In this document: piece by piece, positions 53,744-62,202 of the stretch | Layout: the number at the start of each line of letters is the position of its first letter | How positions within the stretch are numbered: position 1 is the first letter of the stretch | NCBI GenBank assembly: GCA_040510195.1 | Contig: JBEVJK010000053.1 | Location: 1,289 to 65,288, forward strand | DNA: 64,000 nucleotides | Source of the DNA: Mesorhizobium sp. | GTDB taxonomy: Bacteria; Pseudomonadota; Alphaproteobacteria; Rhizobiales; Rhizobiaceae | Direction of reading: 5' to 3' | Notes under the pieces: model-generated | Database searches by the model: none | The model's input: the letters and a program-made list of their open reading frames with translations, nothing else | Told to the model about the DNA's origin: nothing | Position numbers and translations under genes: made by a program

Positions 53744-54054
53744 GGTGCCCTTCCGGTCCGGACCTGGCGGCGGCGGTCATGCGAGAGCGCGGCGCGGTGG
53801 CTACCGCGTCGGCTGCCCGCGGCTTCCGCCAGGATCGCATCGAGTGCCAAAGGTCGCTTTCCCCGACAGGTACTCCACGCTATAGCCAGCGTCCATAGCC
53901 GATCCTCATTGCCGAGAGGTCGCCGCAAATGCCCGAGAACGAAGCCTCCAGCAGGGGCGACACCTTTCGCGAAGGCCGCGACTGCCTGGCCGCGGCGCCA
54001 TCGCCGTCGCCCCCCGGAAACCAAGAGGGCGCACGGGCGAGAGCGAGATAAGAT

Positions 54055-55267
54055 TTGCGACTCCGGAAAAGTGCCCTGATCGATCCGCAGGTCAATGGCT
54101 TCTATGCCGTCAGCGCGATTGCTGCGTCTTTCTTCATTTTTGCCTATTCCATCCGCTTGGGTCAGGTTCCGATCCTCATCTACTATGCGTTGTGGTTGCC
54201 GCTGATCCTCGTCAGCTACCGAATGACCCTCGGCGCGTGGCAGGATTTGCTCCTCCCTTTCGGCATCGCTCTTTGGTGCCTCGCTTCGGTGATCTGGTCG
54301 GACGCGCCGTCGTTCACGCTGCGGGGAGGACTTCAATTCGCCAGCCATATCCTGTGCGCGGTGATCGCTGCCCGCGTGGCGAGCTTGCGTTCCTTGGCGA
54401 TCGGAGCGGCTATCGGGTCCTTCTTCGTTGTCATCTATTCTTTTGTCGTGGGCGGCTATTCGGTAGACGCTTTGGACGGTTCCTACACGTTCGTGGGGGC
54501 CTTCGGCTCAAAGAACCAGCTCGGTTTCTTCTCATCGCTCTGCATCTATTTTTCGCTCGTTGCGCTGCTGGCGATGCGCCTCTCACTCCCGACCCGCATA
54601 TTCTTTATTGCCGCGCTCGTCGCTGCGGGCGTCGCCCTTGCGTGGTGTCGATCGGCCACCTCGATCGCCAGCCTGGTCGGCGGCGTCGCGACGTTTCTCG
54701 GCCTCATGCTGTGCATGCGCTTCCCTCCCATGGTGCGCGCAGGCGTGCTCGCTCTCTCGGCGTCGGCCTGCGTCCTTTTTGCTGCGCTGGAGGGCGGGCT
54801 CGACCTGTTCCTCGGCCTGATGGGGCAGGGACGCCACGCTGACTGGGAGAACCTACATCTGGGCAGAAGGTCTCAACGAGATCTCCGCGAAGCCGATCCT
54901 GGGATACGGGTATCAGGCCTGGTGGGTAGAGGGTCGATCCAAGGCCGAAGAACTGTGGGAGCTCTTCTACATCGCCTCAAAGAGCGGGTTTCATTTTCAC
55001 AATTTGTACCTTGAGGCCGCTGTCGAGATCGGCGCCGTCGGGCTGGCCCTTTTCCTGCTCATGATCGTCCTCATCGCCGCCAGGTACACGAAGGCCGTGC
55101 TGACGAGCCAGGATCGCGACGCACCGGCCTTGATGGGCCTGCTGGCGATGCTGCTCGTTCGTTCGTTCGTCGAGGTCGACTTCCTGACTGCCTACGCTCC
55201 TGGATCGTTCCTGATGGTCTGGATGCTGTGCTCGTCGCGTAAAAGCACCAGGCACGACGCAGCTTGA
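54055..55267 (+). pseudogene. O-antigen ligase / Wzy_C-family membrane protein interrupted by a +1 frame change near 54821-54830
   Basis: Frame 1 (54055..) gives about 8 TM helices ending ..LFLGLMGQG. Frame 2 opens right after TGA 54818-54820 and reads DATLTGRTYIWAEGLNEISAKPILGYGYQAWW..SGFHFHNLYLEAAVEIGAVGLALFLL.. to stop 55267, continuing the same family. The TTG start is uncertain. Confidence 0.6.
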
Positions 55268-55306
55268 GTGAGCGGCGGCAGGCACGCGGGTCGCCCGTCA
55301 CCGCCT

Positions 55307-55324
55307 CTGTCACCCCTCTGTCAT
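55307..55324 (+). promoter_or_regulatory. Pho box CTGTCAC-CCCT-CTGTCAT
   Basis: Two 7-bp direct repeats with a 4-bp spacer match the PhoB consensus CTGTCAT-N4-CTGTCAT at 13 of 14 positions. A third GTCAC half-repeat lies at 55297-55301. The box ends 46 bp upstream of the btaA ATG. Confidence 0.6.
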
Positions 55325-55370
55325 CGGCATTCGCTAGGTCCCCTCGCAGAGGAAACGCAGGGGATTCGCC

Positions 55371-56615
55371 ATGTCCGACTTCGCCTCCCACGTCACTCTG
55401 GCCGACGGCCGGGGCCTCGCCAAGGCGGTGCACCAGAACCGGGCGCTCAGTCGGGCCGGCATGTCAGAGCGCCTCTTCACCTGGCTCTTCTCCGGCCTCG
55501 TCTATCCCCAGATCTGGGAGGATCCGGAGGTCGACATGGCGGCGATGAAGCTCGCCGAGGGTCAGCGGATCGTCGCCATCGCGTCGGGCGGCTGCAACGT
55601 GTTGGCCTATTTGACGCGCGGGCCGGCGGCGATCGACGCTGTCGACCTCAACCCGGCCCACATCGCGCTCAACCGGCTCAAGCTCGCTGCGGTGGCGCGC
55701 CTGCCCCAGCAGGCCGACTTGATGCGCTTCTTCGGCGGCGACGGTCACGCGGCGAACGTCGCGGCCTATGACCGATTCCTGGCGCCGCATCTCGACCGCG
55801 CGACGCGCGCCTACTGGGATGCCAGGACATGGCGAGGCCGCCGGCGCATCGCTGTCTTTACCCGCAACTTCTACCGAACCGGCCTGCTCGGCCTGTTCAT
55901 CGCGGCGGGTCACCGCGTGGCGCGCCTGCATGGCGTCGACGTTTCGCGGATCATGGAGGCGCCCACGCTGAGCGCGCAACGGCGCTTCTTCGAGGCCGAG
56001 ATCGCGCCGCTCTTCGAGCGTCCTCTCATCCGGTTCGCGCTCGGCCGCAAGGCTTCGCTGTTCGGGCTCGGCATCCCGCCGGCCCAGTACGACCGCCTGC
56101 TGTCGGCCGGTAGCGACATGGCCGAGGTTCTCAAGGCGAGGCTTGAGAAGCTCAGCTGCGGCTTCCCGCTCGACCAGAACTACTTCGCATGGCAGGCCTT
56201 CGCCCGGCGCTACCCGCGCGTCGGCGACGCTGCCCTGCCCGCCTACCTGGAGCCGGCGCATTTCGATACCATTCGCCGCCATGCCGGGCGCGTGCGGCTC
56301 CACCAGCGGGACGTGACGTCGCTGCTCAGGCAGAAGGCGGCGGCGGCGGTCGATCGCTTCGTTCTGCTCGACGCGCAGGACTGGATGACCGACCGACAGC
56401 TCACGGAGCTGTGGACGGAGATCACGCGCACCGCCGCGCCGGGCGCCCGCGTCATCTTCCGCACTGCGGCCGCACCCAGCCTGCTGCCCGGCCGCATCCC
56501 CGCGCATGTGCTCGACGCCTGGACCTACGAGGAAGACGCCTCCCATGCCCTGTCGGCCCGCGACCGCTCGGCGATCTACGGCGGCTTCCACCTCTATGTG
56601 AAAAACGATCGATGA
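55371..56615 (+). CDS. btaA: S-adenosylmethionine:diacylglycerol 3-amino-3-carboxypropyl transferase (DUF3419 family)
   Basis: 414-aa ORF. Contains the hallmark LVYPQIWEDPEVD, then IASGGCNVLAYL and DLNPAHIALNRLKL. Confidence 0.85.
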   Translation: MSDFASHVTLADGRGLAKAVHQNRALSRAGMSERLFTWLFSGLVYPQIWEDPEVDMAAMKLAEGQRIVAIASGGCNVLAYLTRGPAAIDAVDLNPAHIALNRLKLAAVARLPQQADLMRFFGGDGHAANVAAYDRFLAPHLDRATRAYWDARTWRGRRRIAVFTRNFYRTGLLGLFIAAGHRVARLHGVDVSRIMEAPTLSAQRRFFEAEIAPLFERPLIRFALGRKASLFGLGIPPAQYDRLLSAGSDMAEVLKARLEKLSCGFPLDQNYFAWQAFARRYPRVGDAALPAYLEPAHFDTIRRHAGRVRLHQRDVTSLLRQKAAAAVDRFVLLDAQDWMTDRQLTELWTEITRTAAPGARVIFRTAAAPSLLPGRIPAHVLDAWTYEEDASHALSARDRSAIYGGFHLYVKNDR

Positions 56616-57289
56616 CCGGCGCCGAAGCCAGCATGCGGCATGCCGCGCTGATGGACGCGGTCTATCGGCGGCAGCGCCATGTCTACGACGCCACGCGAAA
56701 GTTCTACCTTTTGGGCCGCGATCGCCTGGTCCGCCATCTCGACGTGCCGGCCGGCGGCAGCGTGCTGGAACTCGGCTGCGGCACCGGCCGCAACCTCGTG
56801 CTCGCGGCAGAGCGCTACCCCACCGCCGCGCTCTACGGCCTCGACATCTCGGCCGAGATGCTGGCGACAGCCGCCCGCTCTCTTGGCCGGGCCGAGACGG
56901 CCGGACGAGTGTGCCTCGCCGTCGGCGACGCGACGGCCTTCGATGCCGAACGGCTTTTCGGTCGCACCGAGTTCGATCGCATCTTCGTCTCCTATGCGCT
57001 GTCGATGATTCCCGCCTGGGAGCGGACCATCGCCGCAGCGCTCGACCGGCTGGCGCCCGGGGGATCGCTGTCGATCGCCGATTTCGGCCGCCAGGAGGCG
57101 CTGCCACGCTGGTTCAGGCTCGGCCTGCGGCGCTGGCTCACGGCCTTTCACGTGGCGCCGCGGGACGCGTTGCTGGGGGTACTGGAGGCCGAATGCCGAC
57201 GTCGGGGAGCCGAGCTTTCCTTCACGACGCTGCATCGCGGCTATGCCGTGCACGCCATCGTCCGCACGCCCGGCAAGGCCCGACCCTAG
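56612..57289 (+). CDS. btaB: class I SAM-dependent methyltransferase (diacylglycerylhomoserine N-methyltransferase)
   Basis: Contains VLELGCGTGRNL. ATGA overlap with the btaA stop, matching the classical btaA-btaB arrangement. Confidence 0.8.
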   Translation: MTGAEASMRHAALMDAVYRRQRHVYDATRKFYLLGRDRLVRHLDVPAGGSVLELGCGTGRNLVLAAERYPTAALYGLDISAEMLATAARSLGRAETAGRVCLAVGDATAFDAERLFGRTEFDRIFVSYALSMIPAWERTIAAALDRLAPGGSLSIADFGRQEALPRWFRLGLRRWLTAFHVAPRDALLGVLEAECRRRGAELSFTTLHRGYAVHAIVRTPGKARP

Positions 57290-58656
57290 TCGATGCTGGC
57301 GGCGAGCGAGGCCACCAGCGGTGTGGCCGAATAGCCGAGCCGGGAGGGCGTGAGCCCGAGGCGCACCACGACCAGGCGACGCGACGGCACAACGGCAATC
57401 GACTGCCCGTCATGGCCGAGCAGCCAGAACGTGTCGGTCGGCAAAGGCGGCTCGCTCCCCGGCCTGGCATTGTCGTCGCGCAGCCAGAGGCTGCCCTTGG
57501 CATAGTCGCCGTTCGAGGCTGCCACCGGCTCGCGCATCATGCCGGCAAAGCCGGCCGGCAGGATCCGGGCGCCGTCCCACATCCCATCCTGCAGCAGGAA
57601 CTGGCCGAAGCGTGCCCAGTCCCGCGCCGTGGCGTAGAGGTAGGAGGAGCCGACGAAGGTCCCGGCTTCGTCGGTCTCCAGCACGGCACTGGCCATGCCG
57701 AGCGGACCGAACAGGGCCTTGCGCGGCCAGGCCAGCGCCGCCTGCGGATCGTCGAAAGCCTGCTGCCAGAGGCGGGACAGAATCTGGGAGGTGCCGCTGG
57801 AATAGCTCCAGGTCGCGCCGACCTTGCCGACCAGCGGCTTGGCGGCAGCGAAGGCGGCCATGTCGGGTTCCAGATAGAGCATACGGGTGACGTCGGTGAC
57901 GTCGCCATAGTCCTCGTTGAAGGCGAGCCCGCTCTGCATGGCCAAAAGGGCGGCGATGCTGATCGCGCCGCGCCCGTCCTTTTCCCAGGCCGGCAGCAGG
58001 GCCTTGCGTTCGAGCGCCAGGCGGCCGTCCGCGACCAGCGTCCCGACCAGGGCCGCCGTCACCGTCTTGGTCATCGACCAGCCGAGCAGCGGCGTCTCGG
58101 CGGAGAAGCCGTTGGCATAGCGCTCGCCGACGATCCGCCCGTTCTCCACCACCACCAGGGCCCGCATGTCGGGGCCGGTCATGGCCGGATCGTTGAGGAT
58201 CGCCATCAGGTCGGGGGATTGGGAGAGCTCGACGCGGTTGCCCTCCGGCCAAAGCGCGTCGGGCCGCGCTGCGGCAGCCGGTTCCGGCAAAGCGATCGAG
58301 GCGGCTCGCGCCACCTGGCCGTCGGGCACCGAGGCACACCCAAGGCCGTCGCGGGCGACGGCGACCGACTTGCCGAAAAGGCCGAGAAGCGCGGCCTCGA
58401 CGGTGCGGCGCTCTTGGTCGACCTCGACCCGCATCAGCTTGAGGACGGGATGGCCAGGCGCCTGAACGTCGACCCTCAGCACTGCATCGGGCTTGCGTCC
58501 CGCGACGAAGACGTTGGAGCAGACGATCTTGGCGGTATAGCCCGAGGCCACGCGGATCAGCGCCGGCGGAGCGGCGGTCAGCCAGGCGGCCAGGCCCAGC
58601 ACGGCGATCAGCGACAAGGCAGCCAGGACCACCACGATCTTGAGAAAGATGCGCAT
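57286..58656 (-). CDS. membrane-anchored serine hydrolase (beta-lactamase/transpeptidase-like fold)
   Basis: N-terminal TM helix (IFLKIVVVLAALSLIAVLGLAAWL) and an SMTK (SxxK) motif. Start trimmed to ATG 58656. Confidence 0.85.
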   Translation of the reverse strand: MRIFLKIVVVLAALSLIAVLGLAAWLTAAPPALIRVASGYTAKIVCSNVFVAGRKPDAVLRVDVQAPGHPVLKLMRVEVDQERRTVEAALLGLFGKSVAVARDGLGCASVPDGQVARAASIALPEPAAAARPDALWPEGNRVELSQSPDLMAILNDPAMTGPDMRALVVVENGRIVGERYANGFSAETPLLGWSMTKTVTAALVGTLVADGRLALERKALLPAWEKDGRGAISIAALLAMQSGLAFNEDYGDVTDVTRMLYLEPDMAAFAAAKPLVGKVGATWSYSSGTSQILSRLWQQAFDDPQAALAWPRKALFGPLGMASAVLETDEAGTFVGSSYLYATARDWARFGQFLLQDGMWDGARILPAGFAGMMREPVAASNGDYAKGSLWLRDDNARPGSEPPLPTDTFWLLGHDGQSIAVVPSRRLVVVRLGLTPSRLGYSATPLVASLAASID

Positions 58657-58849
58657 CTGCCCACCCCTCGTGCACACGGAGCACGATTCGAAGTGCCGCC
58701 ATTGCTGGCTGAGAATCCGCCGGCTGTCGAGCGCTCTCAACCGAAAATCAACGATGTTCGGCGATGACGCCGCGGCAAGGGGACTTTCCGGCCGGCGCGG
58801 AATGAGCGATGCTCCGGCCGGCGGGCCCGCATGAAGGAGAGGTATCTGG

Positions 58850-59653
58850 ATGCGCGCGTGGGTGGGTTTGACGGGGCTGGCGCTGCTGGCCGCCTGTACG
58901 ACGGTGGAGGACCTCGCACCGGTGGCGAGCCGCACCGAGACGTCCGTCGTCGGGACCGCGACGACCTATCCCCGCTTCGGCGACAACGACCCGCATGACT
59001 GGCGCGGCGGCACGCCATGGCGCTATGCCGTGCACGGCACCGACGTTTCCAAGTACCAGACCTCTGTCGACTGGGGTAAGGCCAAGGCCAGCGGCATCTC
59101 CTTCGCCTTCGTCAAAGCGACGGAGGGCGGCGACCGGCTGGACGATCGCTTCGAGCACCATTGGCACGGCACGCGCTTGGCCGGCGTGCCGCGAAGCGCC
59201 TACCACTTCTACTACTTCTGCCGACCCGCATCCGAGCAGGCTGCCTGGTACATCCGCAACGTGCCGCGCGACAAGGCCGCGCTGCCGCCGGTGCTGGACA
59301 TGGAGTGGAACCCCCTCTCGCCAACCTGCAAGCTCAGGCCGTCGCCGGCGACGGTGCGCAAGGAGATGCGGACGTTTCTTGAGCTCGTCGAGCGCCATTA
59401 CGGCAAGAAGCCGATCATCTACACCTCAATCGACTTCTTCGAGGACAACGACCTGTCCACTTTCCAAGGCTATCCCTACTGGCTGCGTTCGGTGGCAGGG
59501 CACCCGCAGGAAAAATATGGCAGCCACCCCTTCACCTTCTGGCAGTACACCGGCACGGGCGTCGTGCCGGGGATCAGCGGCAATGCCGACATCAACGTCT
59601 TCAACGGCAGCGTGGCGTCGTGGAGGAAGTGGCTGAAAGCCAACACGCACTGA
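58850..59653 (+). CDS. GH25-family muramidase lipoprotein
   Basis: Lipobox LLAAC. Contains GTDVSKYQTSVDW and ISFAFVKATEG GH25 motifs. AAGGAGAGG lies 7 nt upstream of the ATG. Confidence 0.88.
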   Translation: MRAWVGLTGLALLAACTTVEDLAPVASRTETSVVGTATTYPRFGDNDPHDWRGGTPWRYAVHGTDVSKYQTSVDWGKAKASGISFAFVKATEGGDRLDDRFEHHWHGTRLAGVPRSAYHFYYFCRPASEQAAWYIRNVPRDKAALPPVLDMEWNPLSPTCKLRPSPATVRKEMRTFLELVERHYGKKPIIYTSIDFFEDNDLSTFQGYPYWLRSVAGHPQEKYGSHPFTFWQYTGTGVVPGISGNADINVFNGSVASWRKWLKANTH

Positions 59654-59739
59654 GGCCATAGTCTGCTTCTGCCCGCTTTTCGCCACAGCCGTTGGGCAAA
59701 GCGAAGGCTCGCAGGCAGGAAGAGCGGGAGAACGGGCCG

Positions 59740-60918
59740 ATGAGGTTGCGAACGGCAGCGCTGGCGGCGCTGATCGCAGGCATTGCGAGCGGCAATGCGC
59801 GGGCAGCGGACTGCGGCACGGATTTCGATGTCTGGAAGGCCGCGGTCGCCGACGAAGCACGCGCTGCGGGCGTAGGCGAGGCTGGGCTCGCAGCTCTTGC
59901 CGGGGCGCGCGTCGACCAGAGGGTGCTGGCGCGCGACCGCGCTCAGACCGTGTTCACGCAGACCTTCGCCGAATTCTCGAACCGCATGATCAACAGCTAC
60001 CGGCTGAAGCAGGGCGCCGCCAACCTTCAGAAATATGCCGACGTCTTCGCTCGCGGTGAGCAGGAGTTCGGTGTTCCCGGGCCAGTGATTGCCGCTTTCT
60101 GGGCGCTGGAGACCGATTTCGGCGCGGTGCAGGGCGATTTCGACACGCTCGATGCGATGGTGACGCTGGCGCATGACTGCCGGCGTCCCGAGCTCTTCCG
60201 CCCGCAGCTGGTGCCGCTGCTGACGCTGATCGACCGCGGCGTGCTGCCGCCCGGCACCAAGGGCGCGTGGGCCGGCGAGATCGGCCAGACGCAGATCCTG
60301 CCCTCCGACTATCTGGCGCGTGGCGTCGACGGCGACGGCGACGGTATGGTGGACCTTCGCGGCAGCGTGCCGGACGTCATCCTGACGACCGCCAACAAGA
60401 TCAAGTCGCGCGGCTGGCGGGCCGGCGAACCGTGGCTGGAGGAGGTGCGCATCCCCGATACCCTGCCCTGGGAGCAGACGGGGCGCACCAACAAGCTGCC
60501 GCTTTCGCAATGGGCAGCCTGGGGCGTCACCCAACGCGACGGCAGCCCGCTGCCCGAGAGCGAGCTGGCCGCCGGACTGGTGCTGCCGATGGGCCACAAG
60601 GGTCCGGCCTTCCTCAGCTACGCCAACTACGATGTCTACCTTGAGTGGAATCAATCTTTCATCTACACCCTGACTGCGGCGCATCTGGCGGCGCGGCTCG
60701 CCGGCGCGCCGGCGTTCGACCGCCGCAACCCGGAAGAAGGCCTGGTGGGAGAGACGATGAAGCACCTGCAGCAGAAGCTCTCCGACCTCGGCTACGATGT
60801 CGGCAAGATCGACGGGATTCTCGGCACCGGCACCCGCGAAGCGGTCCGCAAGGAGCAAATGCGCCTCGGCCTGCCGGTGGATGGCTGGCCGACGCCGGCG
60901 CTGCTGGCCAACCTCTAG
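59740..60918 (+). CDS. lytic murein transglycosylase (MltB family) with C-terminal peptidoglycan-binding domain
   Basis: Contains the FWALETDFG catalytic Glu region and a PG_binding_1 tail (LQQKLSDLGYDVGKIDGILGTGTREAV). Start trimmed to ATG 59740. Confidence 0.88.
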   Translation: MRLRTAALAALIAGIASGNARAADCGTDFDVWKAAVADEARAAGVGEAGLAALAGARVDQRVLARDRAQTVFTQTFAEFSNRMINSYRLKQGAANLQKYADVFARGEQEFGVPGPVIAAFWALETDFGAVQGDFDTLDAMVTLAHDCRRPELFRPQLVPLLTLIDRGVLPPGTKGAWAGEIGQTQILPSDYLARGVDGDGDGMVDLRGSVPDVILTTANKIKSRGWRAGEPWLEEVRIPDTLPWEQTGRTNKLPLSQWAAWGVTQRDGSPLPESELAAGLVLPMGHKGPAFLSYANYDVYLEWNQSFIYTLTAAHLAARLAGAPAFDRRNPEEGLVGETMKHLQQKLSDLGYDVGKIDGILGTGTREAVRKEQMRLGLPVDGWPTPALLANL

Positions 60919-60947
60919 AATTTGGAATGCAATGCAACTCGCCCCAT

Positions 60948-60967
60948 GTTATATCTTTAGTTATAAC
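60948..60967. promoter_or_regulatory. inverted repeat GTTATA-N8-TATAAC upstream of the antitoxin gene (candidate TA operator and -10 region)
   Basis: Read directly from the sequence. It ends 13 bp before ATG 60981 and lies just upstream of the GGAGAG RBS. Confidence 0.4.
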
Positions 60968-60980
60968 ACTGGAGAGAACG

Positions 60981-61208
60981 ATGAATGTGAAGCTCCGCAA
61001 GATCGGCAACTCGGAAGGCGTCATCCTGCCCAAGGAGCTCCTCAATCGCCTCAACCTGCGGGCGGGCGACGAGCTGACCGTGGTGGAGGATGATGGCGAT
61101 ATCCGTCTTCTGCGTCCGCACGAGGACGTCGACATCGAGCAAAAGATGAAAATTGCGCGAGAGCGCATGAAGAAGTACGAGGTCGCCTACCGCGTGCTCG
61201 CCAAGTGA
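60981..61208 (+). CDS. AbrB/MazE/SpoVT-family antitoxin
   Basis: 75 aa. Swapped-hairpin motif VKLRKIGNSEGVILPKELL. GGAGAG RBS. GTGA overlap with the doc start. Confidence 0.8.
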   Translation: MNVKLRKIGNSEGVILPKELLNRLNLRAGDELTVVEDDGDIRLLRPHEDVDIEQKMKIARERMKKYEVAYRVLAK

Positions 61209-61597
61209 CCGAGTTTCATTCTCGGCAGTTCGTGGAGGCCCTCCACGCCGAGCAGCTGCGCCTGCACGGTGGAGCGGCCGGTGTCCGCGACGAAGGATTG
61301 CTAGAATCGGCCCTTTATCGCCCTCTCCAGAAGGAGGCGTATGGCGAACCCGATCTATGCGACCTTGCGGCAGCCTACCTGTTCGGGATCGTCAAAAACC
61401 ATCCGTTCATAGACGGCAACAAGCGGACAACCTTCGCGGCGGCCGACCTCTTTCTCTATTTCAACGGGCTGAGCATCGAGGCCGAACAGGAGGAAATCAT
61501 CCAGCTCGTCCTCATGGTGGCGGCCGGCGAGCTGGACGAGACGGGTGCGGCGGCGTTTCTGCGCGACCACGTCCAACCTGTCGATGGCCAGCTTTAG
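61205..61597 (+). CDS. doc: death-on-curing (Doc, Fic-fold) toxin
   Basis: 130 aa. Contains the Fic/Doc motif HPFIDGNKRT, with GVRDEGLLESAL upstream of it. Confidence 0.88.
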   Translation: MTEFHSRQFVEALHAEQLRLHGGAAGVRDEGLLESALYRPLQKEAYGEPDLCDLAAAYLFGIVKNHPFIDGNKRTTFAAADLFLYFNGLSIEAEQEEIIQLVLMVAAGELDETGAAAFLRDHVQPVDGQL

Positions 61598-61617
61598 CCC
61601 TGATTCCGGAAACGCGG

Positions 61618-62112
61618 CTAACTGGCTGATGAAGCAGGGAAATCGACCGAGAGGTCGACGATCTCCCATTCCTTGCCGTTGACGGTGGCGACGTCGCCCA
61701 CAGACTTGCCGAACAGCGCCAGGGCGACCGGCGCCACATGCGAGATGCGGCCATGGGCGGCATCCGCCTCGTCTTCGCCGACGATCGTCCAGGATTGGCG
61801 CTTGCCGTCCTCGTTTTCGATGACGACCGTCATGCCGAAGCGCACCACTTTGCTGTCCCGATCTGGGACAGATACCTCGGCCGTTTCCCGCCGGGCGTTC
61901 CAGTAGCGAAGGTCCCGCGAGACCAGCGCGATGCGCTCGCGGTTGCCTTCCGCCTCCGCTCGCGCCAGGTCGGCGCGCAGCGCCCCCACCTCGGCGTCGA
62001 GCGACGCCAGGCCGCTTGGGGTGACCAGATTGCGATGCTGGCTCACCGGACGCTCGCCGATGTCCGCCAGCACGTTCTCGCTGTCGTCTTCTCGTGTGAA
62101 AGCTCTGCTCAT
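61618..62112 (-). CDS. GreA/GreB-family transcription elongation factor-like protein
   Basis: 164-aa ORF. N-terminal coiled coil plus a Gre C-terminal domain (ISHVAPVALALFGKSVGDVATV). Confidence 0.8.
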   Translation of the reverse strand: MSRAFTREDDSENVLADIGERPVSQHRNLVTPSGLASLDAEVGALRADLARAEAEGNRERIALVSRDLRYWNARRETAEVSVPDRDSKVVRFGMTVVIENEDGKRQSWTIVGEDEADAAHGRISHVAPVALALFGKSVGDVATVNGKEWEIVDLSVDFPASSAS

Positions 62113-62202
62113 TTTTCGAATCTAGGGTGGCTGCCGACATTTCTCAAGCTATTTGGAACTGGCACGGAACCTGCTTTGCTCTTTGCGAGCGAAGCGGGAG
62201 CT

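Noticed and set aside
53744-54054. Possible gene remnant in the 310-bp spacer between the GT-like and ligase-like genes (track ORFs 53627..54079, 53662..54348, 53880..54095)
   Set aside because: All three translations are Arg/Ala/Pro-rich with no motif or RBS, and they overlap one another. I treat this as a divergent promoter region.
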